The translations under genes and the position numbers were made by a program. A stretch of DNA of 64,000 nucleotides from a virus. The notes under the pieces are model-generated. The model ran no database searches. It was not told the DNA's origin and saw only the letters and a program-made list of their open reading frames with translations. Positions 28,930 to 37,304 of the stretch are shown here, in pieces. Each line of letters opens with the position of its first letter. The stretch's first letter is position 1. The stretch spans positions 41,135 through 105,134 of the IMG/VR virus record IMGVR_UViG_3300017963_000011; one strand, given 5' to 3'.

Positions 28930-29066
28930 CTGATTGCGGTAGCGGGAGATGGAATTCTACCACCCGATCATCCTTTGGTTCACGGGAACGCTAGGCATAT
29001 AGGCTCCATCCTTCCCTAGCCAGCCGCAGGGGGCCTATTCCTGCGAGCCCCGCTACCGTCAATCAG
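28930..29066 (-). ncRNA. Enlarged cloverleaf-like structured RNA
   Basis: Closing stem CGGTAGCGGG/CCCGCTACCG extended by CTGATTG/CAATCAG; internal hairpins CGCAGG/CCTGCG and GCTAGG/CCTAGC; T-arm-like GGTGG-TAGAATT-CCATC. Confidence 0.5.
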
Positions 29067-29075
29067 AATTCTCAT

Positions 29076-29150
29076 TGGGGCTGGTGACAGGAATCGAACC
29101 CGCAACCACCTCATTACAAGTGAGGCGCTCTACCATTGAGCCACACCAGC
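29076..29150 (-). tRNA. tRNA-Thr(UGU)
   Basis: GCTGGTG/CACCAGC acceptor, CCTCA-CTTGTAA-TGAGG anticodon arm, GGTTCGATTCC T-arm, encoded CCA. Confidence 0.92.
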
Positions 29151-29239
29151 CCGTCAATAGGCCGAGGGGCGACTATCCGCTTAGGCGCAGACCGGGACCG
29201 CCCTAAGTTTCAGAGGTCGCCTTTCTCCTCGATGATCTT

Positions 29240-29345
29240 TGGTGGAGGGGGCAGGATTCGAACCTGCAACTGAGACACGGGCGTATGGCGCCTTAAACCC
29301 GCGCTCACCGCTTAACGGCGCGTCTGCCACTTCCGCCACCCCTCC
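29240..29345 (-). tRNA. Aberrant tRNA-Leu-like RNA
   Basis: GGAGGGG/CCCCTCC-A-CCA acceptor, Leu-type D arm GGCGGAAGTGGCAGACGC, perfect T arm; shrunken anticodon arm (TAA) and oversized variable arm. Confidence 0.65.
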
Positions 29346-29357
29346 TTGTTCTATACG

Positions 29358-29450
29358 TGCCGGTGCGCGGGAGTCGAACCCACCACTCCGAGTCTAGTGC
29401 CCCGGCGATCATGAGGAGTCGAACCTCACCGTTTCCGAAGGACACCGGCA
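29358..29450 (-). ncRNA. Structured RNA with two T-arm hairpins
   Basis: TGCCGGTG/CACCGGCA closing stem; TGAGG-TTCGACT-CCTCA and GTGGG-TTCGACT-CCCGC. Confidence 0.55.
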
Positions 29451-29456
29451 ACTTAG

Positions 29457-29547
29457 CGGGAGAGTGAGGGATTTCAACCCTCGGGTGACATGCGCCGGCC
29501 CCGGAGGTTCAAACCGGGGACCACTCCGTCACGGAGCCCGCTCTCCC
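29457..29547 (-). ncRNA. tRNA-Ser/Sec-like aberrant RNA
   Basis: GGGAGAG/CTCTCCC-G acceptor, 6-bp D-like stem GCTCCG/CGGAGT, CCCCGG-TTTGAACCT-CCGGGG arm, GAGGG-TTGAAAT-CCCTC T-like arm; no encoded CCA. Confidence 0.5.
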
Positions 29548-29556
29548 TGTGATCAC

Positions 29557-29772
29557 CTATTCCTGATTGCGGGCCAGCGCTGCGTTGGCCCACATGATGC
29601 CTTCCTCGATCTTCCTGATCGCGAGCGTTTGCTCGGCGCACTGCGGCGTGTACTTGAGGATCGCCTCAGCCGTGATCTTGCCCATGTTGCGGAGACTCTC
29701 GAACTTGTGGATGTTCTCTTCCTGCGGTTTGTGGTACGTGAAGATCCTCTTGATGTCGGCTTCCGTGATCAT
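29557..29772 (-). CDS. Acb2/Tad1-like helical hairpin protein (putative immune-signal sponge)
   Basis: FTYHKP...FESLR...P...EQTLAIRKIEEGIMWANAALAR matches the family pattern FTYH.P...RE.SLA.TKLEEA.MWANA.IAR. Confidence 0.7.
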   Translation of the reverse strand: MITEADIKRIFTYHKPQEENIHKFESLRNMGKITAEAILKYTPQCAEQTLAIRKIEEGIMWANAALARNQE

Positions 29773-30012
29773 TTCTGTCCTCTCAGTATGCACCCTCGGG
29801 AGCGCGCCACGGGGACAGGATGGCATCTCTCCCGAGAGCGACTTTCAGTCCCCTGAGCCAGCCATGGCTATCGGCCTATCGTGCGCTAAGTATTCTACCC
29901 TAGCGCAAGGTAACGGAGCGCTACCACCGGCTGATCCTGGGAAGTATATCCTGCCCCTTTCCCAGGCCACCGTGTCAGGTCACTTTTTCAACACGGTGGT
30001 AGCGCTACCACT

Positions 30013-30978
30013 TTACTTCTTCTTGCCCTTGCCAGCAGCGAGCACGTCCTTGATGACGGAGCGCCACTCGTTGATCTCTTCCAGGTTGAGCTTGAGGGCT
30101 TCCTGCGCGCCAGCGTCGAGGACGAGGCTCTTGCGCTTGGCGAGCTTCTTGGCGTCCTGGAACTTGCCCTGGAGATTGGTGGTCGTGTTCTTGACGAACT
30201 TGATGAACAGTTCCACCGGGTCTTTCCGGCCGGGATCTTCGTCACCGAGCAGCTTGGCCCGGTCCTTCATCACGCTCTCGCGGAACTCGCGGCTCGTCTG
30301 GTCGGCGATCTTCTTTTGGTTCTTCTCTAGGTACTTGACCGGGTTCGGGTGGGCCAGGACGGCGAACAGCTTGTACTGGCCATCGACCGAATCGAGGAGT
30401 TCGGGCTTGTCCTTGAAGGTCTTGTACGCTTTGATGTACCGGATGCAGACGGAGCGCTCGTAGTTGATCTTCTCGCGGCACCACTTGTCGAAGTCGTCGG
30501 GTGTGAGGATCTCCTGGACCTCTTGCATGAGGGGTGCCGACTTCATCACGAGATTGACGAAGGCCGTGCGGGTCTTGTCCTTGAGGTCGTTGATCTTGAC
30601 CGCTGCCTCGGCGGCCCTCTTCTTGGCCTCCTTCGCCGAGACTGCCTTCTTCTCGGGCTTGGCGAGCTTCTTGCCGACCTTCTTCTTGACCTTCTCCTTC
30701 GGCTTCTCGGCCTTGATCTTGAGGGGCTTCTTGACCTTCTTCTTCTTGCTGGCGAGCTTCTTGACGGCCGCCTTCTTCTGCTCGGCCGTGGGCTTTTTCT
30801 TGACTACCTTCTTCTTGACCACCTTCTTCTTGGCAGCGGCCTTCTTGACCACCTTCTTCTTGGCAGCGGCCTTCTTCTTCGGGCTGGACCCCTTGCACTT
30901 CTCGGCCTGATCGCAGAGTTCGCACTCGAAGTCGTTCTCGTCGTAATTTCCGAATCGGTCGCACTTGTCCTTTGCCAT
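30013..30978 (-). CDS. Histone H1-like Lys/Ala-rich protein with a DUF3102-like domain
   Basis: KKAAAKKKVV repeats, N-terminal Cys cluster, FDKWCREKINYERSVCIRYIKAY. Confidence 0.65.
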   Translation of the reverse strand: MAKDKCDRFGNYDENDFECELCDQAEKCKGSSPKKKAAAKKKVVKKAAAKKKVVKKKVVKKKPTAEQKKAAVKKLASKKKKVKKPLKIKAEKPKEKVKKKVGKKLAKPEKKAVSAKEAKKRAAEAAVKINDLKDKTRTAFVNLVMKSAPLMQEVQEILTPDDFDKWCREKINYERSVCIRYIKAYKTFKDKPELLDSVDGQYKLFAVLAHPNPVKYLEKNQKKIADQTSREFRESVMKDRAKLLGDEDPGRKDPVELFIKFVKNTTTNLQGKFQDAKKLAKRKSLVLDAGAQEALKLNLEEINEWRSVIKDVLAAGKGKKK

Positions 30979-30979
30979 C

Positions 30980-31543
30980 CTATACCTCCGTGGTAACGGC
31001 TCTGGTCGCCTTTCGGATCTGTTTGAGTATGGGTTTCACCTGATGCGTTTCCAGGTAGAGTTCCTCGCCTATTTCACGCTTGGACATCCCCGCCAAGCGC
31101 CCGATGAACACGCGTTTCTGGATCGGACTCAGCCTCTCCATCACTTCCTCGATTATGTCGTGAACGACTCCCTTCAATCCAACCATGCTCGGCAAGAGTG
31201 GTACGGTAGTTAGGTTCTTACGTCTCAGAAATCTATGCCGAAGGATCATCTTGATCCTATTGTGCGCTGCATCCCAGAAATACTTGAAGAATGAAAAGCT
31301 CTCGTAGCACTCTTGGCATCGTCGGGCGCACTGCCAGAGAACTTCGTCGAGCAACACCGCGACTTCCTCACCTTCCTCCCAAACGACTCGGCCATACTGT
31401 TTGCCGATCTTGTAGTATACTCCGAGCACCCGACTTCTCAAACTATTAAATGCACGATCACGTTCAATCGGACACGCGCCTGCACGATTAATAGCCCGGA
31501 CCTCGAATTTCCATTCATCCCCTTCCAGTCTTTTCCGCTCCAT
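30980..31543 (-). CDS. Phage-encoded sigma70-family (SigH/ECF-like) sigma factor
   Basis: Region-2-like LWQCARR...SFFKYFWDAAHNRIKMILR and region-4 HTH LSPIQKRVF...GMSKREIGEEL. Confidence 0.7.
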   Translation of the reverse strand: MERKRLEGDEWKFEVRAINRAGACPIERDRAFNSLRSRVLGVYYKIGKQYGRVVWEEGEEVAVLLDEVLWQCARRCQECYESFSFFKYFWDAAHNRIKMILRHRFLRRKNLTTVPLLPSMVGLKGVVHDIIEEVMERLSPIQKRVFIGRLAGMSKREIGEELYLETHQVKPILKQIRKATRAVTTEV

Positions 31544-33321
31544 TAGCGCCTTAGACCTTTCGCGATCTGGCGAAGAGTTTTTGAGTTGATGAACTTCAAA
31601 AAATTCTTTCGCTCCCTAAGACACTTCCTCACCGGCATGTCGATTGACGACATAGCCAGAAGATCGTACACTACCACCTTTCCCCCGTGTAGCTGCTTGG
31701 CCTTGTTGTCGTAGTTGCGGGCCTCTGCCTGTTCACGCTCGGCGAGTAAGTGCCGATTCTCGTAGAAGACCATGTACTTGGCCTGCGAGAGGCTCAGTCC
31801 CATACTCAGCATCGTTGGGTTGGCAACCATCACCGAACAGTTGTCGTCGTTCTGGAACTTGTACTTCTGCTCGTGCCGCTCCCTGTCCGTCATTGTGCCA
31901 TCGACACCGGACACCAGAGCGTAGTTAATCCCTTCCTTTATTAACATGTTCCTGATCATGTCCATCGTCTCGTGGTGGAAGCCCCAGACCACGATCTTAC
32001 GACCCTTGCGGATCACTTGATCGAGGATCTCTCGGAGCTTCTTCAGCTTTGGATTGTTCGGGAACAAGTAGCGAGTACCGTCTGGCAAATACATGAAGCC
32101 GGATGTGATCTGAACCATCTTCATGGTCTTGGTCAGGATCGTGGCCTCGATGATCTGCCCATCTATCTCGGTTGCAAGTTCTTCGCAGAGTTCTCGATGT
32201 GCTTTCTTCTGCTCCTTTGTTAGCTCGACCTTGCCTGTAGTGTAGAGCCGGTCGGGCATGTCATGACATTCCTCGATGCGCACCTTGTGAGAGAACTTGT
32301 TGATGCGGCGCCATAGTTCTTTTTGGTTCTCGCGCCTTGGTCTGTCGTAGATCTGGTGGCCACCGATGGTCTTGAAGATGCAATACTGCGCTCCGAAGCC
32401 ATCCTCATCTTCCGGGAAGATGTAGTTGTTAATGATCTTCATCTGCTGGTAGGCGTCCAGCGGCGACTTCGTGATGATGGTCCCTGTGAGCCCCACCCTG
32501 CGTGGTATCCAGCGGCGTAGCTCCAGCATTCCTTGCGTGCGTGCTGACGTCCTGTGCTTGAACAGATGGATCTCATCCACGCAGAGCATGTCGAAGTTGA
32601 ATTCCTTGAAAGCCTTAACGAGTTCTTGATTGCGTAGCGAGTCCGTGTTTGTGATGTAGAGATCAGCGTGGCCTGGCACACGGCGAACGTATGGACCATC
32701 TACCACCGTGATCTGATCGTCTCGTTGTAGCGCTACCATCTGTTGCTTTGTGCCGGTCCCGAGGATGAGACACTTGAGGTCTGTGAAGTCAGAACACTCC
32801 TGAACCCAATTAATGCGAATGTCCTTGGGGCACACTACCAGACCGCGTTTCACGATCCCCTGCTGTTTCAGAAACTCGAACGCTGAAGCGAATGCATAGG
32901 TCTTCCCCGTGCGCATGTCCCAGAGAAGCATCACCCCGGAGCAGTTGATGATGAGGCGGAAACCGATTAGCTGATTGTTCCACGGCTTGACCTTGAACTT
33001 GTAGAAATCGATCTCCTGATTCGGCATCCTCTTGATCTTGCGAATGCGATCGGCGATCTCCTTCGTTTCGTCGAATTCTCTCTCTGCTGCTTTGAAATCC
33101 CGTATCAGATCCGGGTGGATCTCGATCTTCCTGAAGCGGTCCTGGAGCGTCTCTATCACCTGTACGTTACACGGTAGCATGAAGCCGTTCCAGGACTCGT
33201 GAAACTTGGCCTCCCTCTTGAAGATGCGCAGGATCTTGAAGTATTGCTTCTCCGAGAAACCCTTGAGTAGCAGACAGTGCGGGCTGCGCACGCGCTTGAT
33301 CGTCATAGCCATGGATCGCAC
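31543..33321 (-). CDS. SNF2-family helicase
   Basis: DMRTGKT, LVVCP, VDEIH, GLTGT, GLSLSQA and QAEAR. Confidence 0.9.
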   Translation of the reverse strand: MRSMAMTIKRVRSPHCLLLKGFSEKQYFKILRIFKREAKFHESWNGFMLPCNVQVIETLQDRFRKIEIHPDLIRDFKAAEREFDETKEIADRIRKIKRMPNQEIDFYKFKVKPWNNQLIGFRLIINCSGVMLLWDMRTGKTYAFASAFEFLKQQGIVKRGLVVCPKDIRINWVQECSDFTDLKCLILGTGTKQQMVALQRDDQITVVDGPYVRRVPGHADLYITNTDSLRNQELVKAFKEFNFDMLCVDEIHLFKHRTSARTQGMLELRRWIPRRVGLTGTIITKSPLDAYQQMKIINNYIFPEDEDGFGAQYCIFKTIGGHQIYDRPRRENQKELWRRINKFSHKVRIEECHDMPDRLYTTGKVELTKEQKKAHRELCEELATEIDGQIIEATILTKTMKMVQITSGFMYLPDGTRYLFPNNPKLKKLREILDQVIRKGRKIVVWGFHHETMDMIRNMLIKEGINYALVSGVDGTMTDRERHEQKYKFQNDDNCSVMVANPTMLSMGLSLSQAKYMVFYENRHLLAEREQAEARNYDNKAKQLHGGKVVVYDLLAMSSIDMPVRKCLRERKNFLKFINSKTLRQIAKGLRR

Positions 33322-33776
33322 TCTCCAAACTTGAGCTTCAGCCCGTTCTTGAAGATCACAAGCCCTGACTTTGCAGCAACTAAGTTGCGAGCTTCTAACC
33401 AGATCCGCCCGTGGTAGGCTTCTAGTGCGTATTCTATGGCCTTGTACTCTCGTGAAAGAGGTGACGCGAGGCCGCCGTGGAATAGGACGATCTCTTCCTT
33501 GCCGAGCTTGGAAAGATTGAACAACATATTCCTAACCGTGCATCGTAGATCGGTCAGGATCAGTCCGGGCGACCCTACCTCCACGACGACCTCGCATCGA
33601 AATAGAGTGATACAGTATTGGAGCAGTTCCATGACGTGCTTGTTGGCTTTCTTGAGTGAGCAGTAATCCTCGGCGCGTTTCAGTTCGATCTGAAGGCCAA
33701 CCGGCAGCGTACGGCCGGCCAGAATTTTCCTTATCATCTTCTTTATGCGGGCCGCACGTCGCTCGGCTGCGTTCAC
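33303..33776 (-). CDS. Hypothetical protein
   Basis: 157 aa ORF in a tight operon. Confidence 0.55.
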   Translation of the reverse strand: MNAAERRAARIKKMIRKILAGRTLPVGLQIELKRAEDYCSLKKANKHVMELLQYCITLFRCEVVVEVGSPGLILTDLRCTVRNMLFNLSKLGKEEIVLFHGGLASPLSREYKAIEYALEAYHGRIWLEARNLVAAKSGLVIFKNGLKLKFGECDPWL

Positions 33777-34151
33777 TCAGATCACCTTGACCTTGTGGAC
33801 CTGCTTCGTGTTCTCCTCCTTGAGCTTCTTTTCAAGCTCGTCGAAGTCCTTGCCGAACTCCTCGCAGAGTTCTTGTGCCACGGTCTTCCAGGAGATGGAG
33901 GTCTTGGGGCCTTCGGTCACGATGAGTTGCAGCTTGCCCTCACCTTTGGCGCTGCGTTTTCCATCCTTGTGCGCCTCGATAAAGAGGTTTTCCAGGTCTT
34001 CCTTGCGCGACTTCTCGAACTTGAGTTTTGCAGCCCACTTGGCCATTGTGCGCACGATGTTCTGGAATTCCTTGAGAGCTTCTTGCGTGACGAACTTCCC
34101 CTTCGTCACCTTGATCTCGTCCTCGAACATGAGACCGTTTTGCTTTGCCAT
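33777..34151 (-). CDS. Hypothetical protein
   Basis: GAAAGGA SD before MAKQNG; Lys/Glu-rich. Confidence 0.6.
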   Translation of the reverse strand: MAKQNGLMFEDEIKVTKGKFVTQEALKEFQNIVRTMAKWAAKLKFEKSRKEDLENLFIEAHKDGKRSAKGEGKLQLIVTEGPKTSISWKTVAQELCEEFGKDFDELEKKLKEENTKQVHKVKVI

Positions 34152-34520
34152 TGTCAACGCTCCTTTCCGTACCTGTGTACGATTGTAACCATGCAGCGCC
34201 ACCTTGTCAATCTCTTTTTTCCAGTCTGACTCGGCAGTTTTCACCGGGCCAGTGGTAGCGCTACCATCCTCTACTTAGTAGTTGCCACGAATGGCGAGCC
34301 ACTTTTCGATCAGTTTGTACAGCACCAGCACCACCAGCACGACTAGCGGCGGCACGAAGATCTCGACCAAGGAAGACTCCTTCTCTTTGTATACATATAT
34401 ACCCGTAGCCTAGCTCAGGAGAATCTATCTCCTACTCCGTAGGAGTAGGGATAGATAATCATGATAGATAGAGAGTAAGAAAGAGAGGGGGTGTGGGGGA
34501 GAGAAAGGGAGAGAGAAAGA

Positions 34521-34742
34521 TCACTCCCTTTTCACACCGTCTCCACACCATTCCGCTCGGACTGTTTGAGGCCACCTCTTGGTGACGACATCGAATCCTG
34601 AGTTTGGATTGCGGTATTTCACCACCACCGGGGCGTGCCGGCGGCACTCTCCGTCGATTGGATCATCGTCGGGCTCGGTTGCACCGTCGATGATGGGCGA
34701 CCAGAACTTGCAGTCGTCACAGTGGACGCATTCACTCGCCAT
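34521..34742 (-). CDS. Small Cys-rich phage protein
   Basis: CDDCKFW...GECRRHAP...WP...WCG; GGAGG SD. Confidence 0.65.
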   Translation of the reverse strand: MASECVHCDDCKFWSPIIDGATEPDDDPIDGECRRHAPVVVKYRNPNSGFDVVTKRWPQTVRAEWCGDGVKRE

Positions 34743-34908
34743 CCTTCACCTCCCGCTTGTAGCAGTTCTCGTATTTCCTGATCCGTTTCTTCTCTGCTTG
34801 GATCATATCGCAGATGAGAGTCCTTGGCATGTTCTGGCTCAAGTCATAGTCATCCAGGTCATTGGTCACTGTGAAGACTTCACCCCCGCAGATGATAGCT
34901 AGTTTCAT
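34732..34908 (-). CDS. Hypothetical protein
   Basis: AAAGGAG SD and ATGA overlap. Confidence 0.5.
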   Translation of the reverse strand: MKLAIICGGEVFTVTNDLDDYDLSQNMPRTLICDMIQAEKKRIRKYENCYKREVKDGE

Positions 34909-35252
34909 CGAAGCTCCTTTTCGGTCAGTTCTTTGTTCTTGCGCAGTTCGGGGAAATACTGGTCGACCAGTTGTTTGGCATGCCAGTTGGCTTGCTCGAA
35001 CATCTCGGGCTCGCCGTCCCAATCGTACATGGTCACGTGTGCGCTGTCGAATTCGAGTTCGCGCCTCATCTTCTTCAGGATCGAGGTGCGGTTCCACTTG
35101 AACGCCTCACGCTCGATCTCGTGTACGGTGAGGCAAGATTGGAATTCTCTGAGCAGCACATTGATGATCTTGTACCTGCCGACTCGATGCTTCACCGAGA
35201 TCGAGAGCCTTGGCACACCGTCCTTGCTCACTGTCGCTTTCATTCTTGCCAT
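34905..35252 (-). CDS. Hypothetical protein
   Basis: Start MARMKAT directly follows the palindrome at 35267 and an SD. Confidence 0.6.
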   Translation of the reverse strand: MARMKATVSKDGVPRLSISVKHRVGRYKIINVLLREFQSCLTVHEIEREAFKWNRTSILKKMRRELEFDSAHVTMYDWDGEPEMFEQANWHAKQLVDQYFPELRKNKELTEKELR

Positions 35253-35522
35253 GTCAACCTTCCTAATCTCGGCGCCGAGAATGCCACCACTCGGGAGGCT
35301 GGCCGACACCGCCATCGAAGAGATCGCACTTTGGTTGATCCCCGGAGTTCTTGAGGTCAGGGTTGTTTCCGTAGGGGCACTTCTTGCCCCACCAGAGCTT
35401 GCACTGTTTGCACTGCATTGTAGCGCTACCACCATTCCGCTGTTACGAGAAGAAGTGTAAGTACGAAGCCGACGATCAGGCCGGCGGCGATCGGGCCGGG
35501 CGGGATCTCCCACCACGGTGCT

Positions 35523-35921
35523 TCATCCAAGTGCTTCCTCGGTCGAGAAGGCGATGCGGCTCCGGTCAGTGAGGAAAGAGACGTAGCAGTTAACGAGGGC
35601 CTGGTGCCACGTGTTCGCCCAGCCACGGTAGGTCGTTTCGTATTCGGAGTATTCACCCCGCTCGATGAACTCGCATTGGATGCGGTACATCTTCTTGGCT
35701 TTCGAGAAGCCGTGACTTCTCCCGCCGACTCCAGCATGGCCGAAGTACCATGCGGTTGCTCGGGTGAGGAGATCCCAGAAGGCGATCTTTTCAGCGAGGT
35801 TGCCGGCGTGGTATTCCTTGCCCCCGTTGTCATATTCTTTCGGCCGGCGCATCTCTCCGTAAAGGCTGCTCGCTTCGATTTTTTCCGGCGCTTTGCTCTC
35901 GCTCGTTTTCTTCCCATTCAT
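35523..35921 (-). CDS. Hypothetical protein
   Basis: 132 aa; GAAAGGA SD. Confidence 0.55.
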   Translation of the reverse strand: MNGKKTSESKAPEKIEASSLYGEMRRPKEYDNGGKEYHAGNLAEKIAFWDLLTRATAWYFGHAGVGGRSHGFSKAKKMYRIQCEFIERGEYSEYETTYRGWANTWHQALVNCYVSFLTDRSRIAFSTEEALG

Positions 35922-36102
35922 CCGGTTCCTTTCTGACTCTACAGATCCGAAAGTTGTACTTGCGCTGATCGGGCCGGTCGATTATACTACGGACTGAAGC
36001 TGGCGTCGGGGGCGAACCCCCCAGCCCCCGGTGCTTGCTCCGTTCAAGACTCACCACCTTTCCGAGCCCCCTGAACCACCAGACAGGGGGCTCGAACTTT
36101 AT

Positions 36103-36131
36103 TTGACATCTTTCATCCCAGGATGTATACT
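36103..36131 (+). promoter_or_regulatory. Strong sigma70 promoter
   Basis: TTGACA-17 bp-TATACT. Confidence 0.8.
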
Positions 36132-36137
36132 CTTGTT

Positions 36138-36228
36138 AACCGGCTTGTCCGGTTCTTTGGCTCCCGTCCGGTGCGTTAGCATCGGCCCCTAGCGGTTCTT
36201 GGCAGATCTGTTGGGACGGGGGCCAAAA
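36138..36228 (+). ncRNA. Putative small RNA or structured leader
   Basis: AACCGG/CCGGTT hairpin at the predicted TSS, then a 13-bp stem TTGGCTCCCGTCC/GGACGGGGGCCAA. Confidence 0.4.
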
Positions 36229-36305
36229 ATCTTTATTAGCACTTGACTTATGTGCGACTCTGGTGCATAGTATAGCACTGCCAAGAACAAGGCTAAGGAG
36301 TCAAG

Positions 36306-37304
36306 ATGCTAACCGAGACACTCAGAAAGTTCCACCGCTCGCAGAGCGGTTCGCCCGTATTCTCACTCCCTTCCGGGAAGCGCGTTGATCTGCGAGAGAA
36401 GCGCTCTCGGCAGGATCTTGCCAAGTGGATCGCCGAGCAGTTCAACGGCGATCTTGATGCGGCCGACGACGCAGTGAGTTCTGTCATGGCAAGGGCATTG
36501 AGGGAAGCCCGAGCCCCTTGGCCATACCTCCTATCGGCTCTCCGTGGTATCGCCGAAGAAGCTGACACGAGAGAGCCTCTTTCTCGCCAATGCACGAATG
36601 CCATGTTCTCCTCTCGCATCGGCAAGTGCCACTACCGCATCGCTCGCAATGTGCTCGGCGACCTTACCGACCCCCTCACCCTTAGTGGCCGAGAATACAA
36701 CCTGTCAAATTCCGACGACTACTCGCTGGCCGTTCAAGAACTTCTAGGCGATGACCCTTTCCCGCTGTTCATGGCCACTGCCCCTCAGTTCGCCAAGTTC
36801 ATTACGAGCCGGCGCCTCGTCGATGACTTGATCCAGTACCGTGCCATCACCAACGACGTGAGCGAGGCAAAGGAAGCTCAGGCTACCTTTCTCGGCTTTG
36901 TCGGGCAGGCACTTGCACAGTGTGTTTTGACGAATGAGTTCCGTGAATGTCTCAAGGTCATCAAGAGCTTCTATTCCCGGTTCTTCCACCCGGCTATCCT
37001 CGGGGTGAGGGTGCCGGGTATCGGAGTCATGCGCTGTCTTAGCAACGCAGGCTATCGTGAGTTTCTCCACGCCCTCTTCAGGCACCGGCAGGATCACGAA
37101 CTCCTACGCTCCGATTGGTTGCGGCAGGCGTTGCACCTGGGCATCGTAACGAACCCTATTTCGTGGCTCGTGTTCATACTCACCCGGAACGTTGATACCG
37201 CCGAGGACTGGATGGATGTCCAGTGGTATGATACAATTAAGATGACGCAGGAGTTTGGACTCAGGCGTGTAACTGAGCTTTTCCCGAATCTGGTGGCGGT
37301 ATGA
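36306..37304 (+). CDS. Hypothetical protein
   Basis: 332 aa; TAAGGAG SD; opposite strand to its surroundings. Confidence 0.75.
   Translation: MLTETLRKFHRSQSGSPVFSLPSGKRVDLREKRSRQDLAKWIAEQFNGDLDAADDAVSSVMARALREARAPWPYLLSALRGIAEEADTREPLSRQCTNAMFSSRIGKCHYRIARNVLGDLTDPLTLSGREYNLSNSDDYSLAVQELLGDDPFPLFMATAPQFAKFITSRRLVDDLIQYRAITNDVSEAKEAQATFLGFVGQALAQCVLTNEFRECLKVIKSFYSRFFHPAILGVRVPGIGVMRCLSNAGYREFLHALFRHRQDHELLRSDWLRQALHLGIVTNPISWLVFILTRNVDTAEDWMDVQWYDTIKMTQEFGLRRVTELFPNLVAV

Noticed and set aside
29457-29547. True selC (tRNA-Sec)
   Set aside because: TTCAAA occurs only on the + strand, where the arm order does not fit a tRNA. The minus-strand fold has no UCA anticodon and no encoded CCA.
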